The notes under the pieces: generated by a model
Told to the model about the DNA's origin: nothing
What the model saw: the letters and a program-made list of their open reading frames with translations, nothing else
Database searches by the model: none
Made by a program: the position numbers and the translations under genes
Assembly: GCA_032718475.1 (NCBI GenBank)
Contig: JAUCBJ010007289.1
Span: forward strand, 420,741 to 484,740
Source: Nemertoderma westbladi
Taxonomy: Eukaryota; Animalia; Xenacoelomorpha
Length of the DNA: 64,000 nucleotides
Direction of reading: 5' to 3'
Shown here: positions 26,094 through 37,870 of the stretch, piece after piece
How the letters are laid out: each line of letters opens with the position of its first letter
How positions within the stretch are numbered: position 1 is the first letter of the stretch

Positions 26094-26929
26094 GTGGCTG
26101 GCCACGAGAAAAGGGACCTTATGTCACCGGAGGTCGATTTTGAGTTATTAGGCCTATGAGATGCAGAATTTTCCAGAGATTTTAACAAAAAAAACGGTGT
26201 CTCAATATCTATTTCCAAAAAAAAGTTATAGCGATTTATGTCAAGGTGAATCGGGTAGCAAAAAATTTTTTATTAATAGCGGTTATAATAAGCGATTATT
26301 AAAAAAAATGGAAAATATTAATAATATCATAGCAATTCTTACTATATAGTTAGGCAGCTCAATGTTATTCGGCTTTTTATACAACTTTTAACAATTTGAA
26401 ACTAATATTGTTCATGAACTATTTTAACAAAAATTTTGCAAAATTTTCAAAAAAACATGAAACCAAAAATTTTTTTTTTTAATTTAAAATTTTTTCAAAA
26501 AGATAAATTTTTTTAACAAAATTTAAAATTATTTGTATTTTGAATTCTTTATTAGGATTACAAAATTTAAGAACTAACGAAGATTAATTAAGAAAATGAC
26601 AGCCATATTGCATTTAAAAAATAACTGTAGGCCTACAGTACCTACATAATACAGTAGTACAATTACAATTTATTACAGTCCTAAATTAAGACATGAAAAC
26701 CCTAAGACAGTGTTATATACAACACTGCAACATCTTATATTGCTTCCTGTAATTAGTTATTTCCTAGGTATATTGAATATCAGAACCAATTTGAATTTCC
26801 CTCATTGTTTTATACATTTCTAAATTGATAATCCAATTAAATTTGTTCAAAAATAGAGGGAAACTTTAAACGCGATTATCTCAGAATCAGGTTTTGCGAC
26901 ATAAGGTCCCTTTTCTCGTGGCCAGCCAC
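26094..26929. mobile_element. Non-autonomous TIR DNA transposon (MITE, ~836 bp) nested in the copy 2 leader
   Basis: 32-bp perfect TIRs GTGGCTGGCCACGAGAAAAGGGACCTTATGTC / GACATAAGGTCCCTTTTCTCGTGGCCAGCCAC. Absent from copy 3 (empty site TACAGTAATTGTG at ~47851). TSD is AATT, or AT if the termini are TG..CA. Confidence 0.92.
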
Positions 26930-28165
26930 AATTGTGTTTGTTATACATACCGTTATAGTTAAATTATCCCCGGTACTACACGGGTTGCTTGGGGTAGGAC
27001 AAGACTGGTGACTTTGTGCTCTGGTCACTCCAGCAGATGCCGTGGTTCTTTTAACTGTTCAAGTATATTTAACTACTGATTATTTGTTGTACAAGTACTT
27101 GTACCTAATTTAGGGTTTAGTGTACAGTGCTTTCCGAAGTAATTAGTGCGTAGGCAGTATATTTGTGTTGTAAAGTGGTTAATAGGCACGCTGGATCTGG
27201 TAGTCCGCGGTAATTAACTTCTAGGTAGGAACACTCCGTGATACATAACGTAGTACCTATAGCGATACGGCTATAGGTCGTCAGGCGGTGGTATTTTCCT
27301 ATCTGGACAGCGCAGTGTATTTACTACTACTTATTATTTTAAATACCGTAGTACCCTGTCCGTTGTAATAACCAGAATTCTAACCCTTTGTTAGACGGGT
27401 TTGTAGTTTTTCCTGTAAAATTACCCTAAAAATTTCGTACGTAATATTTTGTTGTGTTTAATTGGAGAATTAATCTCACCCATATCGTAAGTAATTTGTA
27501 GTATTAAGTAACTTAAGTAAATTAGAATTATCAGTTTTAGTGTCAAATAAATAGCACTTCACTGAGAGCGCACAGCTTTTGTGTAGTGAACCCCAGAAAT
27601 AATAACATTTATTTCAAATATTGACAAAACCCTTTTAAACGGGTACATAAATATTATAAATCAACTCAAACGATTTATAAATAGTAGGCTTGCCATACAA
27701 CAACTAGGTCTCAATATCAGTTGGACTACTGCTTAAATAACGGTAACAAAGTAAGTTAAAGTAACCAAGTAACCCTAAAATATTCAGAAATTCAATTATT
27801 CTAAAATAATTGACATACCGGTATTTACCATAGGCTTATTATATTTATTTCTATAAATTTGAGCTGAAATCATACCGGTACTCTGTAATTAATTCTAGTT
27901 CATAATTATACTTATATATACTATAAGTGTAAGCTGTATACCGGTATTCACGATAGGCCTATTATATATTTATATATTTGTGCTAAATTTATATACCGGT
28001 ACTCTGTGACAAACCTAGTTTACAATACTTATATATACTATAAGTGTATACCGGTATTCTAATATACTGCAATAAATTACCGGTACTAGGCCAACGGTCA
28101 TACTGAATTACTAGACTTGCTTTAACTGTAACTATAGCAGTAGGCATTCAACTGTATAGCTAAAC

Positions 28166-31100
28166 ATGTCTGACACTCAGAAAAACCTGTCAGACAGTCT
28201 AATTGATACAACCATCTGTGACACAGATAGGAGTGTGGAGCGATTAAGAAAAGAGTTCAGTTCACCTCCTACTGTAAGAAAAGTCATCCGTCCAGTAGTA
28301 TCAGACCCTAGGCTAATCCACCATAGGTCCATCATAGGCACTCGGGCCCAGGTCAAACGGAACCAAGAGGCGGCTGTCCTATCGCAGCAACATCTTGGTC
28401 ACGAACCTAGTTCCCAACGAACCGATAGCTCCAGTAGTTCAGATACTGTAGAGCTCACCCCCGAACGTTGAGTGCAGATGACTACTACAGTCTACTCGGA
28501 CCCCCTTCTCACCCTTCCTGCTGCAGTGCTAACTACCATATTCATTGCGGTGGAGGAACATCAAGCCGACTGGGCGAGAAATAAGCGAGCAACCCAAGAT
28601 AATTATGCGGGATACGCCAGGGAAGAATTGATGTCTATTGTCGAGTCACAATGGAACTTTCCCGGACTCGGACTTCCGTTGGATCTGTCCGAGGCTACTT
28701 GGGAAGATATACACAGGATGGGAGTGGCGAAAGATACAATGGATCCAGCTGTCTGGAAGAGGTCGGCAGCAGGATATGTGCAGGGATTCTTCGGCTCCTT
28801 GGAGCGATTGGAAGAACAACTGTTTCGACAACCCCAAGGACCTCAAGAGCAGGAAGAGCTGCTATACCAAGTACGCGAAAGAACCCTACGCATTCGACTA
28901 ATCCTATCAGCCTTTGAGGAAACTTCCAAAAGAAGACAGGACACGTCGCTGCAGGTTGCTGTCAAAACTTGGTTCCATCGGGTAGGTCTCAAAGTACAGG
29001 AAACGGCCCAGTGGAAATCCCAGCTAGCTGAGAGATCAACCTATGAAGAACCAACTGATGCCACCCTTTCTCAAGCGGAAAGCGAAGAGACCGCAGAGAA
29101 ACCGCGAACTAGAGACGCTATAGACATTTATCTGTCCGACTATCAGCGATTTCTAGGAGACGAAGAGTTGAGGAGACGGCTGTCTGGACTTTCCCCTAAT
29201 AGTGAAGGAACCAAGCTTGTGTTGGACTCAATCGATGCGGAAATGTTAGCTGCCAACCAAGCTGAATTTGATGAAAAACTCCGCCTCGCTAGAGTCCAAG
29301 AAGAACAAGTAAAGAAAAAACGGATAGAGGAAAGAAAGGCAGCAGCAGTAACGGCGGCAGAAGCAGAAGCAGAAAGAAAAGCAGCGGCGGCAGAAGCAGA
29401 ATCAGAAAGAAAAGCAGCGGCGGCAAAAGCAGAATCAGAAAGAAAAGCAGCTGCGGCAGAAGCAGAAGCAGAGAGAAAGGCAGCAGTGGCAGAAGCAGAA
29501 CAGAGAGCTTCTGAGGAGACTATCCAACTGGAGTTGGAAAATCTGCAAGAGACGCAAGACAGCATAAATAAACAGTTTACTGCTAATCAAATGCAGATGA
29601 TGAGAAAATCTACTCCCAAGCGCCAGGGATACACATCCTCGGAGGAAGGCGAGACCACCGATCCTGAAGGCGGAGGAAATAGATCTCATCTAAGCAGGCG
29701 TAGAAAAACATCTTACCGTCGCAAATTGCCTGATTTGCCCCCAGCTGTTAGAAGACAGCTAGCTAGCACAGACTTGAGTAGTATAGAACCTACAGACCAA
29801 ATTATTAAGGTCAAAAGACTCCCTACTATAGTTGATGAGCCTGAAATAATTAGGCCTGTCGTTCCCAAAGTCACCCCTGTATTAGAGACCCCTGTACTTC
29901 CAGAGCTTAACTCTAAATTCCCTTTACATAGTACGACACTCCCTGTACCCGGTAGAACAGTCCAAGAGAATATCCCTGTCCGGATAGCAGAGGGAGAAAT
30001 CAAAGATTTGTCTCCCGTCGTCCCGCGTCAGCCCGCTACTATGTTGGCGACTCCCGCTTCGGCGGTTGAGTGGGTAGAGGAGGGACGGTGGGGGATGAAT
30101 CTCCTGCTCGGACAAATGCAGGAGACTGTCCACCAGCTTAAGGGAACAGTAAGGGAAAGTAGAGCAGAGTTGCAAGAAGTGCAGCAAAGTATCGCACTGG
30201 AACGCGACAAATTAGTCAATATACAAAAGGGCATACCAATACCCCCTGTAACCTTGTGTCAACCTGTTAGGTCTGAAGTATTACATGCGCAAGGTGTGGA
30301 GCCTACACGCATCTATACTGCTAGTGAAGTAGAAACTCCTATAGCAAACCCTATTAAGGGTGATTATAAACCTATCGTTAATGATATTCCCTATAGACCT
30401 GATAATAATCCAGGAAATTTATATACCGATAATTCGATATTAAATAACACGATGGCCCAAGAAAGCTTTACACGTCAAATGGCTAGAACAGAAGCCCGCC
30501 AAGCGGTCAAAGTGGGAGAGATCGTCAAATTCAATGGAGATGAGATGAAATGGTTACCTTTCAACGAATATTACAAAGATAGCATACAGAACTCTGTACT
30601 ATCTAACGGAGAGAAACTTAGATTCCTCATCAAGTGCTTGGAAGGACCTCCCAAGTTAATGGCGTTAAAGTTTATTGGACATCCAGATGGATTAAGACAA
30701 GTTTGGGATACATTAAATATCAGGTATGGTAACAAGGATAACATAGCTAAGTATTTGTATGCAAAATTAGTAGCCCCCCGACACTTCCTTAGTAACGGGA
30801 TTATAGAGTTTTCCGATGAAATTCAAGAGATCTGTAGACAACTAGACTGGTTAGGTAAGTCTCATGAATATCAGAGTTCCATGGTTATTGGAGCCGTAGT
30901 CTCTACTTTACCAAAGGGTGGAGTATGTACACGCTGGGACAAGAAGGTGTTGTACATGAATGAACAACAACGACGAAGTCCTACTATGACGGATCTCATG
31001 TCCTTCTTAGATGGTGAAGTAAAACTACAACTCATCAAGCAGTCCAGAGAGAAAACATCGGAAAATAAGGTAAGTGAGAAACCCGCTTCTAGGAGAAGAG

Positions 31101-34100
31101 TAACACCGGTGTGTTACACTGACGACGGCGAAAGCCAAGCTTCTCAAGAAGAGGACAGCGGAAAGGATACAGAAAGATCTTACTACATTGACAAAACCTC
31201 AAAGGACGTAAGTAAATACAAGGCTCGAAACAACGATAGGAGAGAACAGGTTGCCAAGACCCCCCCTCAGTCTCCTAAGAGAATGCACCGAAGAAAACCC
31301 GAAGAAAAAACGAGAGTGCATCAAGCTACCCAAGGTAAAGTGAGTAACATAAAACCTAACTGTGCGCTGTGCGACGGGACCCACCGTTTGAGTGCGTGTG
31401 CTGAATTTCTAAAGAAATCCCTTGTGGACAGACGTACAGTCGTGTGGGACAAGCGGTTATGCTATAATTGCCTCAGACCAGGACACCAACGGCGAACCTG
31501 TTACTCCGACATAAAGTGTGCAAAGTGTGGCGCGCAACATCACATCTTGTTACACAGTGAGTTCGAACGAGACAAACAGAGTCAGGTAAGTGAGCCTGAA
31601 CTACATGTCCAATTCAGTGATGTAAATGACACTGATCAGGAGTCTGAGATGGAAGGATTCTATACTGACGAATTCTCTGACGCCAATGAATCCTGTTATC
31701 TAATAAATACCGCAGTGTATCGAGCACTTACTTACGAAAAGGACATCAACGAGGAGTTTCCCCCTACTACTTTTAACAAACAACCATCTTGGAAAGCTCC
31801 AACTTCCAACGTAGGAAAAGAGAATTTCCTGTAGTGCAGGTAAGAGTTCACGGTCTTAACAAAAGTTACATAGTGAACGCCCTCCTGGACTCCGGCAGCA
31901 CAGGAACATTCATCGATCAAGAACTAGCCGAAGATATCTTTGCTGGACAACCCAAGTTCCGGACTAAATTGAATATGTCAGGAATTATGCAGGTTTGGAA
32001 ATCTACCCTGACGGCAGATTACTATGTAGGTGTGTTGTCCACCCCCCAGGATAAGTTAGGAACACAAGGTGTAAGGTCAGTAAAAATGGTGGCTATAAAG
32101 AACTTCGCTACTACCCAAGCAGACCTTTATAATTGGGACGAGGATGAGAGCATCCAACATCTTAAGATACCTCGATTCCAGACAGATTATCCTGGAGTGC
32201 AAATACTCATCGGCCAAAACGCGCACGAAGCGCTTGAGACATTGGAGAAACGGCCTGCTCAACCACAGCCACTGCAAACCTATGCGGTAAGAACTAGAGT
32301 AGGTTGGTACTTTACTGGCCCTTCCCGTAGAACTCTAGAAGAGAGAATGCCCCACGAACAAATATATCAGGTAAGTGATTGGGAAGAGGAAAGCAGTGAG
32401 GTGGACGAACTAACTGAGGGAACACCATACTCCTCAGATAATGACGACATCTACCAACTCTTCGATGAAGAGAACACAATGGACCTACTTACCGAAAACC
32501 AAACTTGGAAAAATCAGGTGAATCTATGTCAACTGATTCGCCCATCGGAACCCATTGCTTACAATGACGAACTAAACGATGAGATAGAGCGTTACAACGC
32601 TAGAACTCGGGACGAACTAGCCGTAAGATTCTTTACTCAAGAACTGATCGAGCCCAATTCATACGATAAGGCTCTATCGATAGAAGAAGAAAGAGCCAAG
32701 CAAATCCAGGAAACAACTACACGTTTTTTAAAGGACCAAGGTAGGTATGAAATCGGCCTACCATTCCGAAAACGAGAACCTAGATTTATAAATAACAGAC
32801 CCTTGGCAGAGAAAAGAATCGCTCAATTACATCGACGCCTTACAGCTAATAATTCAGCGAAAGAAATGTACCAAACTCAGCTGAGGAAATTTATAACAAA
32901 GGGATACGCGGAGCGAGTACCGGAAGGAACACCAGTGACTGAGAGAACGTATTACTTGACACATCATTACGTTCCCAAACCCGGCAAACCCAACGAAGTA
33001 CGAGTCGTATTCGATGGCTCCGCCCTATATATGGGCCAATCCCTTAATTCCGAGTTGTTACCAGGACCCAACTTACTCCAATCTTTGTTGGGAATACTTT
33101 TAAGATTAAGACAATATTCCATCGCGTTCGCCTCCGATATAGAAGGAATGTTCTTACAAGTCAAGGCGCTGGATAGAGATAGAGACAGCCTGAGATTTCT
33201 GTGGTGGCCTGAAGGAGACCTCAACCAGAAACCGGTGGAGTACTGGATGACCATCCAGGCTTTTGGGATCATATCTAGCCCTTCCAACGCCTGCTCCGTG
33301 GTGCGAACCACTGCGAATGACAATCGAGACTCCTTCTCAAAGGAAGTGATAGACAACATAAAACGCAATATATATATGGACGACAATTTAAGGTCCCTTC
33401 CATCAGTAGAAGAAGCCATAGCTGTCGCGAAAGGAACAGTAGAATGTTTGAAAAGAGGTGGATTTCGACTGACGAAATTCACTAGCAACTCCCGTGAGTT
33501 TCTGGAAGCCATACCGGTAGAAGACCGAGGAACGAAAGACCTAGACTTAATAAAGGACGATCTTCCGGAAACCAAGACGCTAGGCTTGAAGTGGGACACT
33601 GAAAGAGACATCCTGTTTTTTCAGTTAAAACAGCGAGATAATCCAGTTCGAACCAAACGGATTTGTTTAAGTATCCTGAGCACTTATTTCGACCCATTGG
33701 GATTTATTAGCCCAGTTATCTTGATTGCTCGGAGTTTAGTACAACAGATGTGGCTTGAAAACCACTCATGGGACGATCCGCTTAAGGGAGAACTGTTGAA
33801 GAAATGGATGAAATGGGAAGATTCTCTACCTGCCATCGAGAACTTTATAATTTCCCGTGCATATTTTGGCCATGTTCTCCCTACGTATTCCTATCAACTC
33901 CATGTATTTGGAGATGCCAGCGATATGGGAATCGGTATAGTGGCATACCTGCGAGTCGAAACTCCGGATGGAATCAAAGTTGCCTTGGTTACATCTAAAG
34001 CATTGATTAACAACAAGCTTAAGGTTCCTCGGGCGGAGTTAAAAGCAGCTTTATACGCTACAGCTATCGGCCGGAATGTAACAGAACAGATCGATTATAC

Positions 34101-36249
34101 ACTGGAGAAAACGGTTTATTGGACCGACGCTTTACTTGTGTTGGAATATATAACGAATGAAGCCTGTCAGTTCAGCGTCTTTGTTACTAACAGAGAGGCC
34201 ATTATTCTTAGTCGCACAACGATAGATCAATGGAGACATTGCCCTGGTACGATTAACCCAGCTGACATCGCCTCCAGGGGAGCAACTCCACAGGAACTGA
34301 TAGATACTCCTGACTGGTTGGGTGGACCCGACTTCCTGAGCAAGGAAGAGGATGAATGGCCTCCTCACCTTACTACGGCTGAGATTAGACAAGCCAAGGG
34401 AGCGGAGAAAGTCAAACCCAAAACTCGGACAAGTAAATCGAAGTTATTTAAACCGACAATCGATCTATCTGTATTACATATTGCCGAAAACGATACTTCG
34501 GATCCACAATCTCCCACCGCAAACAAGTCTGTTGTGGAAATTAGAGACAGAGATTGGAAATCTGGAATACCAGACGTCTCGCAAGGAATCTCACCCCTGC
34601 TGCAGAGAGCACTGCATCATTATAGTTCCTGGAATCGTCTCTGTAAAGCTGTCACCTACTTAAAGAGATGTTTTCACCATCACTACTCCAGGACGCAAGC
34701 GCCTGCTCCAGTGACATCTGCGCAAGTTCATGTTATTAAAGATCTACCTAAGTACAAGATATCAGACCGGTTTCTACAGGAGAAGATCAGCTACCAGGAG
34801 CATGAAGAAACTAATAAGCAGCTACTGAGACTCCTACAATGCTATGAGGATTCCGATAGGTATTTTCTGTTGTTGAGAAATCCGCAGATGCGCTTAAGGG
34901 ATCGCTTCTCTAGCACAATGATAGATGGGTTAATACGTGTTGGAGGAAGGCTTACAAACGCCCCATTATCCTTTGATACTAAATTCCCTATACTCATTAG
35001 TAATCTTGAAGTACAAATCAAGATGATTGTAGATGTTCACAGCAAACTGTATCTTGCTGGTAGAGAACGAGTTCTTAGCGAAATTCGAACTCGCTATTAT
35101 TTTCATAAACCACATAGAGCTCTGAATCAAGTTCTTAGGAACTGCATACCTTGTAGGAAAGCATTCAGTAGGCCTTTAACACAGCGAGAGGCAGAATTAC
35201 CTAGGGAACGAGTAAGCTTTTATGAACCACCCTTTACTAATACTGGTGTGGATTTATTTGGCCCTATTGAAGTGTATCGTGCTAGGACTATAGTCAAGAG
35301 ATGGCGTGTAATCTTTGTCTGCATGACTTGTAGAGCTATACATCTCGATATGGTGAACGATCTATCTACTAACAGCTTCGTCTTATGTTTACGACGACAG
35401 ATCGCTCGTTTCGGAACTAGCAACACGATGAGATCCGATAAGGGAACGAACTTCATTGGTGCCAACAACGAAATTCAGGCTTACGTAAAGGACTGGAATC
35501 AAAGACAGGTGGACGACCAGCTGCGGATAACGGTGTCTAGCTGGACCTTTAACGCCGCCGACGCCCCTTGGTGGGGAGGAAGTTGGGAAAGATTAATTCG
35601 AAGTGTCAAGACCGCATTTCACTTTATAGTGCCGTGCCGCGCATATCTCACCGACGAACTTCTGCGGACGTTAATGGAAGAAATCGCCGCCTATCTTAAC
35701 GAGAGACCGCTTATGCCAGTCTCGTCGAGTATAGACTCCCTGGAAGCGCTAACACCCGCGCACTTCCTACTTAAGAAACCTGTAGCCATGCTCCCACAAT
35801 CCGAGATTGCCGATGGGGATGAATACTGTCGTCGAACTTGGCAGCTTATGCAGTTGCTATCCCGTCGTTTCGCTGACCATTTTGAGAAACATTATCTGCC
35901 CACGCTACAACTTCGAACTAAGTGGTTTGCACAGCAGGAAAATGTCAGCGCCGGAGACATGGTGCTTATTGTAGATCCGGACCTTCCACGTAGACGGTGG
36001 CAGATAGGTCGTATCATCGAGACGCACATCTCGGAGGATGGTCTAGTGCGCTCAGTAGAACTCGTTGTCATGAGGCGTAACTTCAAAAAACCCGGTATAA
36101 TCTTTGAGATGCAACAACTCAATCGCCCGGTTGGTCGTTTATGTTTGCTGGAAAGAGACCGGGAACTCTCCGGAAACTATGGAAGGCAAGAAACTCTTCC
36201 CACGACCACCTCCCTAATACCTCAAACATCTAGGGGCTCCTCAACGTAG
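28166..36249 (+). pseudogene. gag-pol: gag-pol polyprotein of copy 2 (~2,690 aa when repaired); Pol portion 31789-36249 is open
   Basis: Gag core and three knuckles, protease ALLDSGS, RT YMDD, RNase H FGDAS, integrase D,D,E and a BEL C-terminal domain (WQ..F..HYLPTLQLRTKW). Lesions: TGA at 28469-28471 (GGA in other copies) and a 1-nt deletion at ~31818 (GGAAAAGAG vs GGAATCAGAG). Confidence 0.95.
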
Positions 36250-37870
36250 TACGTCTGGAGTGGGTGTATGTCTATATTATTTTATCTATTTTTATTACAT
36301 TTTATATGTAAATGTTATTATGTACGTTATTATAATCGTTTTTATTTAATTTTATTTAGTAAAATGTTATTTTAGAATATTTAGTAAATTAGTGCAATAT
36401 ATTAGTGTTTATTACGTACTTAATTACTTATAATATATTTAGTGCGACGGCAAGAAATAATTATTTTCTCTTTCCTTACTGTCCGTATTATATTATAAAT
36501 GCGAGACTATAGTAAGATGACATGTCAGTACTTATTAAAGTACAATAAAGCCACTACTATATTTAAGTATTATTGGTAGGCAGAGTATTAGGAATGCAAA
36601 GTTCAGATCCTCGTGTCTCGGCTAAACCAAGCTCTGGGTAGACCTTGGAAACGACTTGCCTCTTCACACTGACATTGCTTCGTGCGATATTGCTCTTCTA
36701 CCTTATCTCAAATAATACATATAGTAGCGTGATGTCCCTATAACAGTAGCGTAAAACGCAAATAAATCTGTTAAACCTTTTGACCATCTGTAATTCTAGT
36801 CGATTAAGATATCGTGGCACCCACCGATATACTTGAAAGACAAATTCTAGAATCAGTGGTTAACGTCCCCAGACAAGTTCTGGAATAAATCGGTGCCCAT
36901 CTTAAATATTAATTTAATATTTATTATAATCTGTAAAATTCAGGTCCGTTAACAATTCTAGTCGATTAAGATATCGTAGCCCTTACCGATACTCTTAAAA
37001 GACAAATTTCATAGAATTAAGGATCCGATGTCCCCAGACCTGCTCTGGAATAAAATTGTGTCAATTTTAACATCAAATAATAAAATTCACGGGAATAAAT
37101 TTAAATTCATATTTTAAATGAATTTCATAAATTGTCATTTTGTACAATTTATAACATTCCCAAAATTCCATTAATTAATAGATCATGGGAGCGGAGATTC
37201 ATCCTATTGAGTGTATTAGAGTGCGAGAATCTCCAGTATATAGTCAATAGCCGATAAAATTTATAAAATCATGCATAAAGAGGATATTGACAATTAAAGA
37301 ATTACTATTAAATAGCATCCCAGATCTGTATGCATGAGAATTACCCTAATTCTACCGCTAGTTTTCCATAATGTCACCATGGCAACACCCACGCTAGAAT
37401 TAGAAGCAAGTTAAAGGAACAAAAAGGGCTTGCCCCATTGCGTAGCATAAGAGAATACATAGCGCACTATTAGTATCCAAGGATACATAGTAATAACGTG
37501 ACATTCTGGAAGACACTGACTAACGGACAAAATGGCCTGCATGTGTGCAGTAAGTAATGATTGTATGGAATTTGTGCGTTTATAGGTGAATGATACTACT
37601 AAAGTGTGTTTACAGTAGCTAATCGCAATTGTAAAGTAGCCTAACTCTACCGAGATAACCTCAAGTGGATTCAAGCCTTTGGGACGGACAGTGGTGGGAC
37701 TTGTGTCGATTATCGTTGTCGTGCTGTTGCTACATGTTGGCGTAAACACCGCGACAACGGTGCATCGGCGCTGAGAAACCCACTGTCCGGGGGCGAAAGA
37801 ATAGTAGGCAGCGACGCCCGCTTGCCTAAATATTGACTCATACTAATATTAATAAACTCCGATAGCAGAT

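Larger units (their letters stand above)
25134..28165 (+). other. Long non-coding 5' leader of copy 2 (~2.2 kb plus inserted MITE) with internal repeats
   Basis: Homologous to 46825-49099 and 1-203. Contains ~38-39-bp AACCGGTACT..TGTAGG repeats, a ~290-bp duplication (~25463/~25750) and ATACCGGTA-rich repeats before gag. Confidence 0.85.

Noticed and set aside
31789-31834. Programmed ribosomal frameshift between gag and pol in copy 2
   Set aside because: Copies 1 and 3 read through in frame (GGAATCAGAGAA). Copy 2 has a private 1-nt deletion.
8189-36573. Alternative element definition using the internal 310-bp segments as LTRs (ORF3 first, then gag-pol)
   Set aside because: The CTCAT TSD, TG..CA ends and unrelated DNA at 15314-23950 show that the 1.2-kb repeats are the true termini.
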